From Dehalococcoidia bacterium (GTDB lineage: Bacteria; Chloroflexota; Dehalococcoidia; Bin125): a DNA stretch of 64,000 bases. This document shows, piece after piece, positions 40,097 through 50,842 of the stretch. The translations under genes and the position numbers were made by a program. The DNA is taken from contig CAXXNO010000008.1 in the NCBI GenBank assembly GCA_963663235.2, forward strand, positions 64,001 through 128,000, given 5' to 3'. Every line of letters starts with the position of its first letter. Positions within the stretch are counted from its first letter, which is position 1. The notes under the pieces are model-generated. The model was not told the origin of the DNA, searched no databases, and worked only from the letters and a program-made list of their open reading frames with translations.

Positions 40097-40522
40097 GTGT
40101 CCATCAAGAAGGCATGGGACCTCGTTGACGAAGCGAAGGCGCGCACCGAGAACCTCACGATCGAGCAACTTAAGGAGGAGCTCAGCGCCGGCAAGGACCT
40201 GCTGGTCGTCGACATCCGGGAGATTCAGGAGCGGGTCGACCTGGGCACTGTGCCCGGCTCGAAACACGCCCCGCGCGGCATGCTGGAGTTCTGGGCGGAC
40301 CCCAGCAGCGAGTACTACCGCGACTACTTCAAGCCGGACCGCCGTACCGTGCTGTTCTGCGCTCAGGGAGGCCGCTCGGCGCTGGCCGCGGATGTGCTCA
40401 TGAAGATGGGATTCACGAGCGTCGCTCACTTGGAGCCCGGCTTCAACGGCTGGAAGGACGCGGGGGAACCCGTCGAGGACGTGAAGAGCACCAGCAAGTG
40501 GGTGCGCCGGGATCTGGCGTAA
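40097..40522 (+). CDS. Single-domain rhodanese
   Basis: VDIRE..E..G.VPGS.HAPRGMLEFWAD, FCAQGGRSALA, GFNGWK. Confidence 0.88.
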   Translation: MSIKKAWDLVDEAKARTENLTIEQLKEELSAGKDLLVVDIREIQERVDLGTVPGSKHAPRGMLEFWADPSSEYYRDYFKPDRRTVLFCAQGGRSALAADVLMKMGFTSVAHLEPGFNGWKDAGEPVEDVKSTSKWVRRDLA

Positions 40523-40612
40523 GAACCCTCGGCGCTGGATGCGCAGCTCGGCGAGGGCGGTCCTCGGGCAGGATTCCCATCCCGGCCGCCGACTGGCTTC
40601 GGACCGGTCCCC

Positions 40613-41250
40613 TCAGAGGTCCGTCTTCCAGCCGCCCTTCACCGGAATCGCCTTCGTGGCCGGCAGGACGTCCTGTCCAACCCGCTCGACCTCCTCTGCT
40701 AGTTCGTCCAGGTCGCCCGATGGACACTCGAAGAAGCAGACGACGTGCGAGTAACCGGCCTCCGCGAACCGTGCGAGCCCGGCGATGACCTGGTCGGCCG
40801 TGCCGGTGCAGATGGGGCGATCGGCGCTGCGCGCCAGCGGATCGTCCGCGGCCGTGATCCGCGTTGAGACGGTGGCCAACATGGCGAAGTCGCGCTCGTC
40901 CCGGCCCCCGCGGGACAACTCCCGCCGCACCTCGTCTTGGAGCGCGGCGTACGGCTCCGGCTGCGCCCGGGTGTCGAGGAACATTACGTAGAGACCATCG
41001 CAGTGGCGCGCCGCCCGGCGCGCGCCTGCTGGTACTCCGCTCCCGAAGACAATCGCGGGACGGGGATCCTGGACCGGCTTCGGGTCCATCGACAGGTTAG
41101 CGAAGCCGTAGTGCGTTCCGTGAAAAGCGACGACGTCGTCAGTCCACGAGCGCTTGTAGATCTCGATGCATTCCTCGGCGATCTCGCCACGCTTATCGTA
41201 CGGCAGATTGAGCGCGTCGAGCTCTTCCTTCAGCCATCCGGATGACCCAT
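40613..41250 (-). pseudogene. 5'-truncated LLM (F420-type) oxidoreductase (5' boundary approximate)
   Basis: Begins at GWLKEELDAL...RG...EE.IE, has PKPVQ.PRP and RRAARHCDG; N-terminal third missing. Confidence 0.7.
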
Positions 41251-41375
41251 CGCATGTGCGTTCACCGATGAGCGGCGGCGGAACGTGGTGCCTGTGAAGG
41301 GATGATCGTGTACGTGCCTCTGTTACCCTCCGCAGGATTCGACGCCTCGCGAGCCCGGACGGAAGGGCATGCGCC

Positions 41376-42371
41376 ATGGTCGCGGTACAGACCGTGCTTG
41401 GTCCCATCGACGACTCGCAGCTCGGCTTCACGCTCAGCCACGAACATGTCCTCGTCGCCATGAGCGCGGACAATCGTCACTACCCCTGGCTATTCGACTG
41501 GGACGCGACTCGCACGAGAATCGCCCGCGAGTTGCGCGAAGCCAAGGACGGTGGCGTGGACACAATCATCGATCTCACCACGCCAGACTTGGGGCGCGAC
41601 GTGCGCCTCGTCGCTGACGTGTCTCGGACGTCCGGCATGAACGTCGTGATGGCCACAGGCATCTGGCGGGATGTCCCGCGCTCGTTCTGGGAGCGTGACC
41701 CGGACAAGATTGCGAGCATCTTCGTTCACGAGATCGAGGTCGGGATCGAAGACAGCGACGTCAGAGCCGGGGTGATCAAGGTTGCCAACGACGAGGAGGG
41801 CGTGACGCCGCACGCAGAGATGGTCCTACGTGGAGCGGCTCGCGCACTCAAGCGGACCGGCTGTCCCATCAGCACGCATACGTGGGCGCCCGGTGAGGTG
41901 GGGACGTGGCAGGTGGAGATCTTTCGCCAGGAGGGAGCGCCGCTGGACCGCATCTGCATTGGCCATAGCGCGGATTCCACGGACCTTGACTATCTGGAAT
42001 CGCTGCTCCAGAGCGGGGTGTATCTGTCGATGGACCGCTACCCCGGCCGGGAGGGCCGGCCCGACTGGCAGCAGCGAAACGCCACGGTGAAGGCGTTGAT
42101 CGAGCGCGGCTGGGCCCATCGCCTCATGCTCGGTCACGACTATGCGCCCACGCCCGTGCGTTCCGGCTCTCCGCCAGCACCGGCGCCAGAACCGACGCCC
42201 TATCTTTTCCTCTCCACCGTGGCGCTCCCGGCCCTCCGCGACGCGGGCATGGACGACGATACGATCAACTTGATGATGCGGGAGGTGCCCCGTCGTTTCC
42301 TGACGGGCGACGGTTCGCGAGACGGTTCCATCCCCTCTTCCAGCGCAGGCATGCAGGCGCCTCGCGCCTAG
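41376..42371 (+). CDS. Phosphotriesterase family protein
   Basis: VQTVLGPI...LGFTLSHEH, GVIKVA, ISTH, IGH, LGHD. Confidence 0.9.
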   Translation: MVAVQTVLGPIDDSQLGFTLSHEHVLVAMSADNRHYPWLFDWDATRTRIARELREAKDGGVDTIIDLTTPDLGRDVRLVADVSRTSGMNVVMATGIWRDVPRSFWERDPDKIASIFVHEIEVGIEDSDVRAGVIKVANDEEGVTPHAEMVLRGAARALKRTGCPISTHTWAPGEVGTWQVEIFRQEGAPLDRICIGHSADSTDLDYLESLLQSGVYLSMDRYPGREGRPDWQQRNATVKALIERGWAHRLMLGHDYAPTPVRSGSPPAPAPEPTPYLFLSTVALPALRDAGMDDDTINLMMREVPRRFLTGDGSRDGSIPSSSAGMQAPRA

Positions 42372-42384
42372 GATCGGAGGCGCC

Positions 42385-43725
42385 ATGACCACGCAAACCA
42401 CGCAAGAGGATCGCTACGGCAATGCGCTCGCGACGCAGTCGGCGACCGCGGCTCAGCGCTACAGCGATGCCGTCGACCGGGCGCTTGCCGGCAACGTCGG
42501 GGCGCTGGAAGGCTTCGACGCCGCCATCGCCGCCGACGAAGGTTTCGCCCTCGCCCACGTCGCCGCCGCCCGACTGCGGCAGCTGCGCGGAGAGGGGGAG
42601 GCCGCCCGTGCCGGCGCGGCGCGGGCCCGTTCTCTGGTCGAGGGCGCATCCGCGCGTGAGCGCCGCCACGTGGAGACGCTCACCGTCGCCATCGAGGGCC
42701 AGGCGCCGCGTGCCCTGGCCATGCTCCTTGAGCACGTCCGAGAGTTCCCCCGCGATGCCTTCCTGCTCTCCCAGGCCACCGGGGTGTACGGCCTGATCGG
42801 CTTCAGCGGCTCCCAGGATCGCAACCAGGATCAGGCCGTCCTACTGGAGGGCCTGGCTCCCGCCTACGGTGATGACTGGTGGTTCCTGAGCGCGCTGGCG
42901 TTCGCCCAGGTCGAAGACTTTCAGTTCGAGCGGGCCCATGGCAATGCGGAGCGCTCCCTTCAACTCTTTCACGAGAACGCGTACGGCGCTCACACCATGG
43001 CGCATGTGCTCTACGAAGTTGGCGACTCCGGCAGCGGCGCGGCCTTCCTGGCTGACTGGATCCCCGGGTACGATCGCGCGGCAGAGTTGCACACGCACCT
43101 CTCCTGGCACTGGGCGCTGTTCGTGCTGAACCAGGGCGATTTCGATGCGGTGTTGGAGATTTACCGCCGGAACATCCGCCCCGGCGTCTCGCAGGCGCCA
43201 CCGCTGTCGCTCATGGCCGACTGCGCCTCGATACTGTGGCGCTCCGATCTCTACGGCGCGAAGCGCGAGCTCCCCTGGGCTGAAGTGCGCGACTTCGCGG
43301 CGGCCACGTTCCGGCGGCCGGGCCTGATGTGGGCCGACGTCCACTGCGCTTTGGCCTACGCAGGCGTCGGCGACCAGGCGTCCCTGGACCAGTGGGTCAC
43401 GGCGATCCGTGAACGCCACAAGCAGGGCAAGATCCGCGCGGGTGAGGTGGTGCCGCGGCTGGCGGAGGGAATCGCGGCCTTCGTCGCCGGCGACTTCGAC
43501 GGCGTCATCCGCATCCTCGAACCGGTCGCCGATCAGGTCGTACGCATCGGCGGCAGCCACGCTCAGCGCGAGATCTTCGAAGACACCTTGCTGGAGGCAT
43601 ACCTCCGAGCCGGTCATCTCGACGTGGCCGAGACCTGGCTGCGCAAGCGCCTCGACCGGCGGCCCTCCCCACGCGATCTGCGGTGGCTGGAGCGGGCCAC
43701 TGCGGGGCAACCGGGAGCCGAATGA
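42385..43725 (+). CDS. TTC38-like TPR protein
   Basis: H..AHV.YE, H..WH.AL, RIGGSHAQR.IFE. Confidence 0.8.
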   Translation: MTTQTTQEDRYGNALATQSATAAQRYSDAVDRALAGNVGALEGFDAAIAADEGFALAHVAAARLRQLRGEGEAARAGAARARSLVEGASARERRHVETLTVAIEGQAPRALAMLLEHVREFPRDAFLLSQATGVYGLIGFSGSQDRNQDQAVLLEGLAPAYGDDWWFLSALAFAQVEDFQFERAHGNAERSLQLFHENAYGAHTMAHVLYEVGDSGSGAAFLADWIPGYDRAAELHTHLSWHWALFVLNQGDFDAVLEIYRRNIRPGVSQAPPLSLMADCASILWRSDLYGAKRELPWAEVRDFAAATFRRPGLMWADVHCALAYAGVGDQASLDQWVTAIRERHKQGKIRAGEVVPRLAEGIAAFVAGDFDGVIRILEPVADQVVRIGGSHAQREIFEDTLLEAYLRAGHLDVAETWLRKRLDRRPSPRDLRWLERATAGQPGAE

Positions 43726-43817
43726 CCGACGCCGCCTGCCAGCCGCACTCCGGCCGCCGGATCACCGTGCCATAATAGATACCGACGTGCGCGGAACCTC
43801 CCGAGAGGCAATGGTCG

Positions 43818-45194
43818 ATGCCCCAGGCGACCATGGGGATTCTAGTCAGCGGCGGGCCGGCGCCGGGGATCAACGGTGTCATCGGCGCCGCCACTATCGA
43901 GGCCGTCAACAACGGGCTGAACGTCGTAGGCTTTTATGACGGCTTTGCCCACCTAGCCGGCGAGAGCTTCGATCCCCGCGAGCACACGACCGCCCTGACG
44001 ATCAAGGAAACGAGTCGGATCCATTTCGACGGCGGATCGGTGCTCCGGACCGCGCGCGCCAGCCTGCTGAACCAGGAGACACTCAAGCGCTCCACCGTAG
44101 TCGAACCGGACGCGGAGATCGTGAACCGCGTCTGCGAGCGGTTGGCGTCGCTGGGGATTACGCATCTCCTTACGATCGGCGGCGACGACACCGCTCTGAG
44201 CGCACGCTTCGTCGCGGAGACGCTCGGTGATCGGATCCGCGTCGTGCACGTCCCCAAAACGATCGACAACGATCTGCCCCTGCCCGGCGATGTCCCGACC
44301 TTCGGCTTCACAACGGCTCGCCATGTCGGATCTAACCTCGTGGCCAACCTCATGGAGGATTCCAGGACCACGCAGCGCTGGTACGTCGTTGTGACTATGG
44401 GTCGGAATGCCGGATTTCTGGCCTTGGGAATCGGCAAGTCTGCCGGTGCCACATTGACCATCATCCCCGAGGAGTTCCCCGAATCGACGACGGTCGAGGC
44501 GATCGCCGACATCGTTGAAGGGGCAATCCTCAAACGGCGGACGATGGGCCGGGCCGACGGTGTCGCCGTCATGGCCGAAGGGCTGGTCTACAAGCTCGGT
44601 GACCGCGAGGAGCTAGTCCGTTTGCTCGGGCGCGATCTCCCGGTGGATGCGGCGGGGCACCCGCGCCTCGCGGAAGTTCCACTGGCTCGGATCGTCAAAG
44701 ATGAGCTGGCACGGCGCTTCGCCGAGCGCGGCGACCCGATCTCGGTCGTTGGGCACACGCTTGGGTATGAGCTCCGCTGCGCGCGGCCTGCCACCTCGGA
44801 CTTGGGCTACACGCGCGATCTGGGCCACGGCGGCGTTCAACTCCTTCTCAACTCGACCGATGACTTGCCCAACGGCGTCATGGTGACGCTGCAGGAGGGC
44901 AACCTCGTGCCCGTGCCCTTTGCGGCCATGATCGATCCGGTGACGAATCGCACGCGGATCCGTTGCGTCAATCTCAACAGCTACACCTACAGCGTGGCGC
45001 GGGCGTACATGATCCGCTTGGAAAAGGCGGACTTCGAGTCGCCCACGATGCTGGCCACTCTGGCTAGGGAGGCACGTATGACGCCGCATCAATTCCGGGC
45101 GCGCTTTCAGCACCTCGTGGCTCAGGACCACGGCGGCACGGCGCTCGCGCCCCATCCCGTAACGCTCGACGCGTCATCGGAACGGTCGGCATGA
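43818..45194 (+). CDS. 6-phosphofructokinase, probably PPi-dependent
   Basis: GGPAPGIN, TIGGDDT, PKTIDND, MGR, GYELRCA. Confidence 0.88.
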   Translation: MPQATMGILVSGGPAPGINGVIGAATIEAVNNGLNVVGFYDGFAHLAGESFDPREHTTALTIKETSRIHFDGGSVLRTARASLLNQETLKRSTVVEPDAEIVNRVCERLASLGITHLLTIGGDDTALSARFVAETLGDRIRVVHVPKTIDNDLPLPGDVPTFGFTTARHVGSNLVANLMEDSRTTQRWYVVVTMGRNAGFLALGIGKSAGATLTIIPEEFPESTTVEAIADIVEGAILKRRTMGRADGVAVMAEGLVYKLGDREELVRLLGRDLPVDAAGHPRLAEVPLARIVKDELARRFAERGDPISVVGHTLGYELRCARPATSDLGYTRDLGHGGVQLLLNSTDDLPNGVMVTLQEGNLVPVPFAAMIDPVTNRTRIRCVNLNSYTYSVARAYMIRLEKADFESPTMLATLAREARMTPHQFRARFQHLVAQDHGGTALAPHPVTLDASSERSA

Positions 45195-45353
45195 TGGCTG
45201 AGATGGTGGCTCCATCGCGCCTCGACTCCTAAGGATCCCAATCGACTGCGTAGGCCGACTGCGCCAGCCTTGACGATGACGGAGATCGTGAAGCCAGGGC
45301 GGCAGGATTGAAGTGGCGCTCCAGGAGGCATACGGGCGTGGAGGGAGAGGACG

Positions 45354-46385
45354 ATGAACCTGCAAGATCTGGAGGCCACTGCGCGGGCGCTGGTTGCGCC
45401 GCGGAAGGGCATCCTCGCCGCGGACGAGAGCTTCGGCACCATGGAGAAGCGGCTCGTGAGCATCGGCGCCTCGTCGACCGACGAGAGCCGCCGCGCCTGG
45501 CGGCAGTTGCTCTTCACCGCCCCCGGGATCGGCGACTACATCAGCGGCGTGATCTTGTTCGACGAGACCATTCGGCAGCGCGCCGACGATGGCCGCTTGT
45601 TGGTCGAGGTGCTGAGCAGCCACGACGTCATTCCCGGAATCAAGGTGGACATGGGAACGACGGCGCTGGCCAGCTCACCGACCGAGAAGATGACGGAGGG
45701 GCTGGACGGGCTGCGCGAGCGGCTCAACGAGTACCGTGATCTGGGCGCCCGCTTCACGAAGTGGCGCGGTGTGATCACCATCGGAGATGGCCTGCCCACG
45801 CCCTACTGTATCGACGTTAACGCGCACGCCCTGGCGCGCTATGCCGTCCTCTCCCAGGAAGCGGGGTTGACGCCGATCGTCGAGCCCGAAGTGTTGATGG
45901 ACGGCGACCACGACATCGACCGCTGCTTCGCGGTGACGGAGGCCACGTTGCGGCGCGTATTCGCGGCGCTCGCCGACCAGGGAGTCGTGTACGAGGCCAT
46001 GCTGCTCAAGCCCAACATGGTGCTTTCTGGGAAGGATGCGGCCCAGCGCGCCGGGCCGGAGGAGGTCGCCGAGGCGACGATCCGCTGCTTCCGGCGCTGC
46101 GTGCCCGCGGCGGTGCCGGGCGTCGTCTTCCTGTCCGGCGGTCAGAGCGACGACGAGGCCACGCGCAACCTGGACGCCATAAACCGGCGCGCCGATACTG
46201 CGCCGTGGCAGCTCAGCTTCTCCTACGGGCGGGGGCTTCAGGCCACGCCTCTCCAGAAGTGGGCCGGCGACCCGGCCAACGTCCAACGGGCGCAGGGAGT
46301 GTTCCGCCACCGCGCTAAGGTGACCAGCGCGGCCCGCGAGGGGAGCTACAACGCGGAGATGGAAAAGGAGTTCGTCGGGGTCTAG
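45354..46385 (+). CDS. Fructose-bisphosphate aldolase class I
   Basis: KGILAADES, PGIKVD, KWR, PIVEPEV, LLKPNMV, FLSGGQS, FSYGR. Confidence 0.95.
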   Translation: MNLQDLEATARALVAPRKGILAADESFGTMEKRLVSIGASSTDESRRAWRQLLFTAPGIGDYISGVILFDETIRQRADDGRLLVEVLSSHDVIPGIKVDMGTTALASSPTEKMTEGLDGLRERLNEYRDLGARFTKWRGVITIGDGLPTPYCIDVNAHALARYAVLSQEAGLTPIVEPEVLMDGDHDIDRCFAVTEATLRRVFAALADQGVVYEAMLLKPNMVLSGKDAAQRAGPEEVAEATIRCFRRCVPAAVPGVVFLSGGQSDDEATRNLDAINRRADTAPWQLSFSYGRGLQATPLQKWAGDPANVQRAQGVFRHRAKVTSAAREGSYNAEMEKEFVGV

Positions 46386-46407
46386 CGCCCTCGGTGCCGC
46401 CCCGCGA

Positions 46408-47718
46408 CTAACGGTCGCTCGCGAGCGGTTTGACCGCCAGACGTTTCGGCCGCTCCTCTTCGGCGTCGGCAGGCTCGCCCGGCAAGCGCGGTGGCCGGAC
46501 GAGGATGAAGAAGACTGCGCCCAGGCTGACCAGCACCGCCAACACCGTGAACCCGGCCTTATACCCGCCGGTTTCGTCCGCCAACACGCCGGCGATGAGC
46601 GGCCCCAGCATCATGCCCATGAAGGCAACGAAGGCCGAGAAGCCCATGATCGTACCGTACGACGTGCGGCCGAAATAATCGGCCCGTATTGCCTGGAGGA
46701 GTGGCGCGCGCGCACCCCAGGCTAGGCCGTGCAGGATGGCAAAAATGGCCACCATCCAGAGCGATGTGGCATAGGCCAACAGCAGAAGTCCGCTGGCGTG
46801 CCCTGCCATGCAGGCGACGATGATGGCTCGCTTGTTGCCGCGGTCGCCCACCAGGCCACCACTGAGAAGCCCCACGATCATCATCGCCGTCATCAATGCG
46901 GTCATCGCTCCGGCCACTCCCAGCGAGTAGCCGAGGTTCTCGTGCACATGCAGGACCATGTGCACCAACACGGCCGACACGACCAGCAGCGCCGCTGCGT
47001 GTCCCAGCGACAGGTACCAGAACGTCGTCGTGCGGAGCGCTTCCCGCGCGGTGAAGTCCCGTCGGGCCGGGACTGTCTCTCGGCGCGACTCGTCTGCCGC
47101 CGCCGAATCGTCATCCGGTTTCCTGCCGTCGATCTGGTCGCCGAATTGCGCCGGATGGTGGCGGAGGATCAAGGTGAGCGGCAAGCCCACGACCAGAACG
47201 ATGACGCCTGAAGCGAACGCTGTGGTGCGCCAGCCGAAGCTCTCCAGGGACCACACCACCGCCGGCACGATGAGCCCGCCGACGGCGATGCCCGTGAACA
47301 TGATCCCCAGGGCAAGCGCGCGCCTCCGTTCGAAGCAGTTCACCACTGAGACCGTGAACGCCATGAACCCGGCAAGGCTGGATCCGACCGCGATAAGGAA
47401 GAACGCGAGGAAGAAGGTGATCGGCGAGTTGATCTGACTGAACAGCATGAACCCGCCGGCGAACATAATCACGCCAACCTGGGTGATCACGCGTGGCCCT
47501 AGACGATCGATCAGGCGGCCCTGCACCGGTCCTAGAAGGCCGCTCTCCACTTGCGACATGGAATAGGCCGCGGAGAAGAGCGTCTTGCTCCAGCCAAACT
47601 CCGTACGGAGAACGGCGGCGTAGGAGCCGTAGGCGTGGAGCAGCAGCGCCCCCAGCAGGACCTGCATGCCCCACCCGGCGAAAACAATCCACCAGCCGTA
47701 GAACAGTCGTCGCGGTAT
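46408..47718 (-). CDS. MFS transporter; apparent ATA start
   Basis: FYGWWIV N-terminus, G.L.DRLGPR motif A, DYFGR..G, 12-TM pattern. Confidence 0.85.
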   Translation of the reverse strand: MPRRLFYGWWIVFAGWGMQVLLGALLLHAYGSYAAVLRTEFGWSKTLFSAAYSMSQVESGLLGPVQGRLIDRLGPRVITQVGVIMFAGGFMLFSQINSPITFFLAFFLIAVGSSLAGFMAFTVSVVNCFERRRALALGIMFTGIAVGGLIVPAVVWSLESFGWRTTAFASGVIVLVVGLPLTLILRHHPAQFGDQIDGRKPDDDSAAADESRRETVPARRDFTAREALRTTTFWYLSLGHAAALLVVSAVLVHMVLHVHENLGYSLGVAGAMTALMTAMMIVGLLSGGLVGDRGNKRAIIVACMAGHASGLLLLAYATSLWMVAIFAILHGLAWGARAPLLQAIRADYFGRTSYGTIMGFSAFVAFMGMMLGPLIAGVLADETGGYKAGFTVLAVLVSLGAVFFILVRPPRLPGEPADAEEERPKRLAVKPLASDR

Positions 47719-47897
47719 GGCGCGCGTCCTCCTCCAAGATGCGCGTGATCACGCCGGTGCGGCAGATCCTCCGGGCGTTCGTCGCAGTCTACCCCGCTGT
47801 TCACACGGAGTTCCGGTGTCGTATCGTGAGCGCTGTTCGGATCAGGGCGCGGCGTGCGCAGACGGCCAGACGGGCAAGGCCGGAGACGAGGTGTGAA

Positions 47898-49538
47898 GTG
47901 GCCGGACTCAACGGGGCGCAACTGATCGCCGGGCAACTGACTGCGGCCGGCATCGACACCGTGTTCACCGTGCCCGGCGGCCCGATACTCGAAGTCCTCG
48001 CCGAGAGTTACAAGGCTGGCATCCGAATTGTCGGCTGCCGCCATGAGGAATCGGCCGCGTTGATGGCGTCGGCCTGGGGCTACATCAAGAAGAAGCCCGG
48101 CGTGGTCGTGGTGAGCAGTGGGCCGGGCATGACCAACACCGTGACCAGCATGTACGTGGCGACATCCAGCGCTATGCCGCTGGTGGTCCTAGGCGGCTCG
48201 GCGCGAAGCTCCGTCCGGGGGTTTGGCGGCTTTCAGGAGGCGGATCAAACGGCGTTCGCTTCCCCTGCCTGCAAATGGACCACGGCCGTAGAGGGCGTCC
48301 GGCGAATTCCCGAGCACCTCTATCTGGCCCTAAACAAGGCTGTCTCCGGCCGCCCGGGCGCGGTCTACGTCGACGTTCCCGGCCAGCTCATCACCGAGGA
48401 GGTCCCCGAAGAGGAGGTGCGCTGGCGCGCGGCGGCCCCTGACGTCTCCCCACCCCATCCCGACCCCGCTGCCATCGAGGACCTTGCGGAGATGCTCGCC
48501 GCCGCGGAGCGGCCGCTGATCTTGATTGGCAAGGGCGCGGCCTGGGCCGACGCCGGTCCGGCGCTGGAGCGGCTCGTGAATCGGGGCATCCCGTTCGTGG
48601 CCTCGCCGATGGGTCGGGGCACGGTGCCCGACGATAACCCGATGTGCGTGAACGCGGCGCGCACGACGGCGCTCTCCAACGCGGACGCAGTTCTGATGAT
48701 TGGTGGACGCTTCAATTGGCTCTTCCACTTGGGGAATCCGCAACGATACGCCAAGGGTGTCCGCATCGCTCAGATCGACATCGTGCCGGAGGAGATGTAC
48801 GGCGGCGCCAACCTAGAGATCGGCGTCGTCGGCGATTGCGCCGCCGCTGTCGAGCAACTCTGCGATGCGCTCGCCGGTCCCCCTCTCAAGGCTGCGAGCA
48901 CCGACTGGATAGCGGCCCTCGCCGAGCAGTGCCGCAAGAATGAGGCCGCCGTCGCTGAAGAGTCAGATTCCGACCAGGTGCCTATCAATCACTACCGCCT
49001 CCTGCGTGACCTCCGTGACTGCCTGCCGCGCGACGCTACCGTCGCCGTCGATGGCGAGCTCACGATGGGTGTGGCCCGTGTGATCCTGCCCAGCTTTCAT
49101 CCGCGGCATCGCCTGAATGCGGGTACGACCGGCTGCATGGGTACCGGCGTCCCCTATGCCATTGGAGCCAAGGCGGCGCGGCCGGATCAGCCTGTCGTTG
49201 CTCTTGTCGGCGATTTCGCCTTCGGTACGGCGGCGATAGAAATCGAAACGGCGGCACGGTCCGGCCTCAACGTGGTCTTCGTGGTGGCCAACAACGCGGG
49301 GATCAACGCGCACTCGGTGCAGGACCGCTTCTTCCCGTCCGACGCCCCGCCGATCGCGGCCCTCTTGCCCGCCCGCTACGAAAAGATGGCCGAGATGGTT
49401 GGTGGACACGCCGAACTCGTGCAGGAGCCCGGCCAGATCAAGCCGGCCATCGAGCGGGCTCTGGCCGCCGACACGGTGGCGCTTGTGAACGTGATGACCG
49501 ATCCAAAGGGCGCGCGCCGAGGCGCCTCCTACCTCTAG
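47898..49538 (+). CDS. ThDP enzyme (oxalyl-CoA decarboxylase/2-hydroxyacyl-CoA lyase-like)
   Basis: RHEESA, GPG.TN, GGFQE.DQ, RLNAGTTG.MG.G, GD.AFG...NN. Confidence 0.85.
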   Translation: MAGLNGAQLIAGQLTAAGIDTVFTVPGGPILEVLAESYKAGIRIVGCRHEESAALMASAWGYIKKKPGVVVVSSGPGMTNTVTSMYVATSSAMPLVVLGGSARSSVRGFGGFQEADQTAFASPACKWTTAVEGVRRIPEHLYLALNKAVSGRPGAVYVDVPGQLITEEVPEEEVRWRAAAPDVSPPHPDPAAIEDLAEMLAAAERPLILIGKGAAWADAGPALERLVNRGIPFVASPMGRGTVPDDNPMCVNAARTTALSNADAVLMIGGRFNWLFHLGNPQRYAKGVRIAQIDIVPEEMYGGANLEIGVVGDCAAAVEQLCDALAGPPLKAASTDWIAALAEQCRKNEAAVAEESDSDQVPINHYRLLRDLRDCLPRDATVAVDGELTMGVARVILPSFHPRHRLNAGTTGCMGTGVPYAIGAKAARPDQPVVALVGDFAFGTAAIEIETAARSGLNVVFVVANNAGINAHSVQDRFFPSDAPPIAALLPARYEKMAEMVGGHAELVQEPGQIKPAIERALAADTVALVNVMTDPKGARRGASYL

Positions 49539-49546
49539 CAGAGCGG

Positions 49547-50725
49547 CTAGATCACCTTCGTGTCCTTGAGCTGCTCGATCTCTTCCCACCCGTACCCGAG
49601 ATCGATCAACACCTCCTCAGTGTGTTGACCAAGCTCAGGGGCGCAACTCTTCGGGCCGCTGGGCGTCCTGGACAGCTTAATCGGCGTCCCAACGATTCCA
49701 ACCTCCCCCAGTGATGGGTGCTCCAGCGACGTGATGTACCCATTAATGAGCGCCTGTGGCTCTGTGCTCACGGCGGCATAGTCGTGCACTGGTCCACAGG
49801 GGACGTCGGCCTCGGCCAGCAACGGGAGCCATTCATCGCGCGGGCGCTGTTGGAAGGCGGCGTCGAGTTCGTCAAGCAGGGCTCGGCGGTTGCGCTGCCG
49901 TAAGTGCGGGTCGGCGAATCGCTCGTCCCTGACCAGATCGGGACGCTCAAGCGCGCGGCAGAGCGGCTCCCACCATTTCGGATCGAGGACTCCGAGCGAG
50001 ATCCACCGTCCGTCCGCGCACGGGTAGTAGGCGAAGGTCGGCAACTGGCGGCGCGGCGTCCGGTGCTGGTAACCGTCGCGCATCATCCCGGTGAGTTGGA
50101 ACGCTTGCAACGCGAGTTGCGACCCGAACAGCGACACATCGACGTGTTGGCCGATCCCGTCTCGTTCCCGCGCGATGATCGCCGAGGCGATCCCCAGAGC
50201 AAAGACCATCGCGCCCACCTGGTCCGCCATCCCCCCCAGCACGCTTTGCGGCGGCTCGTCCGGTCCCCCACCTTGCACGCTCATGATCCCGCCCATCGCC
50301 TGGCCGATGGAGTCAAAGGACGGCCGGCCAACGTAGGGGCCCTCGGGCCCGAATCCGGAGGCGCTGGCGGTGATGATGCGCGGGTTGATATTGCACAAGG
50401 AATCGTAGTCGAGACCCAGGCGCGCCATGACGCCCGGCCGAAAGTTATCTGTAATCACGTCGTAGGACGCCACCAACTTCTCGATGATCTCACGGCCCTG
50501 GGGCTGCCGCACATCGACCGTCATCGAGCGCTTGTTCCGGTCATGGCCTTCGAAGTAGGCGCACCAGCCGTCCGGCTCCAGGCCGATGCTGCGGCCCGGG
50601 TCGCCCTCGCGCGGCTCCACTTTTAACACATCCGCGCCAAGGTCCGAGAGCATGACGGTGGCGTACGGTCCTTGCTGGTAACGCGTAAAGTCCAGGATGC
50701 GGATGCCGTCGAGGGGGCCGGTCAC
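49547..50725 (-). CDS. Family III CoA-transferase (CaiB/BaiF)
   Basis: LDGIRILD, RNKRS, DNFRPG, GQHVDVS, PELGQHT. Confidence 0.9.
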   Translation of the reverse strand: MTGPLDGIRILDFTRYQQGPYATVMLSDLGADVLKVEPREGDPGRSIGLEPDGWCAYFEGHDRNKRSMTVDVRQPQGREIIEKLVASYDVITDNFRPGVMARLGLDYDSLCNINPRIITASASGFGPEGPYVGRPSFDSIGQAMGGIMSVQGGGPDEPPQSVLGGMADQVGAMVFALGIASAIIARERDGIGQHVDVSLFGSQLALQAFQLTGMMRDGYQHRTPRRQLPTFAYYPCADGRWISLGVLDPKWWEPLCRALERPDLVRDERFADPHLRQRNRRALLDELDAAFQQRPRDEWLPLLAEADVPCGPVHDYAAVSTEPQALINGYITSLEHPSLGEVGIVGTPIKLSRTPSGPKSCAPELGQHTEEVLIDLGYGWEEIEQLKDTKVI

Positions 50726-50842
50726 GATGCACCTCCAGGGTTGCGCTGCGAGACGGTGCCATCGTACTGAACCATCCCGTTCGTGGCTCACTACACTGCG
50801 ATTCATCGACCGACGCGCTGGCACGATTGAGGGGATCCCGCA

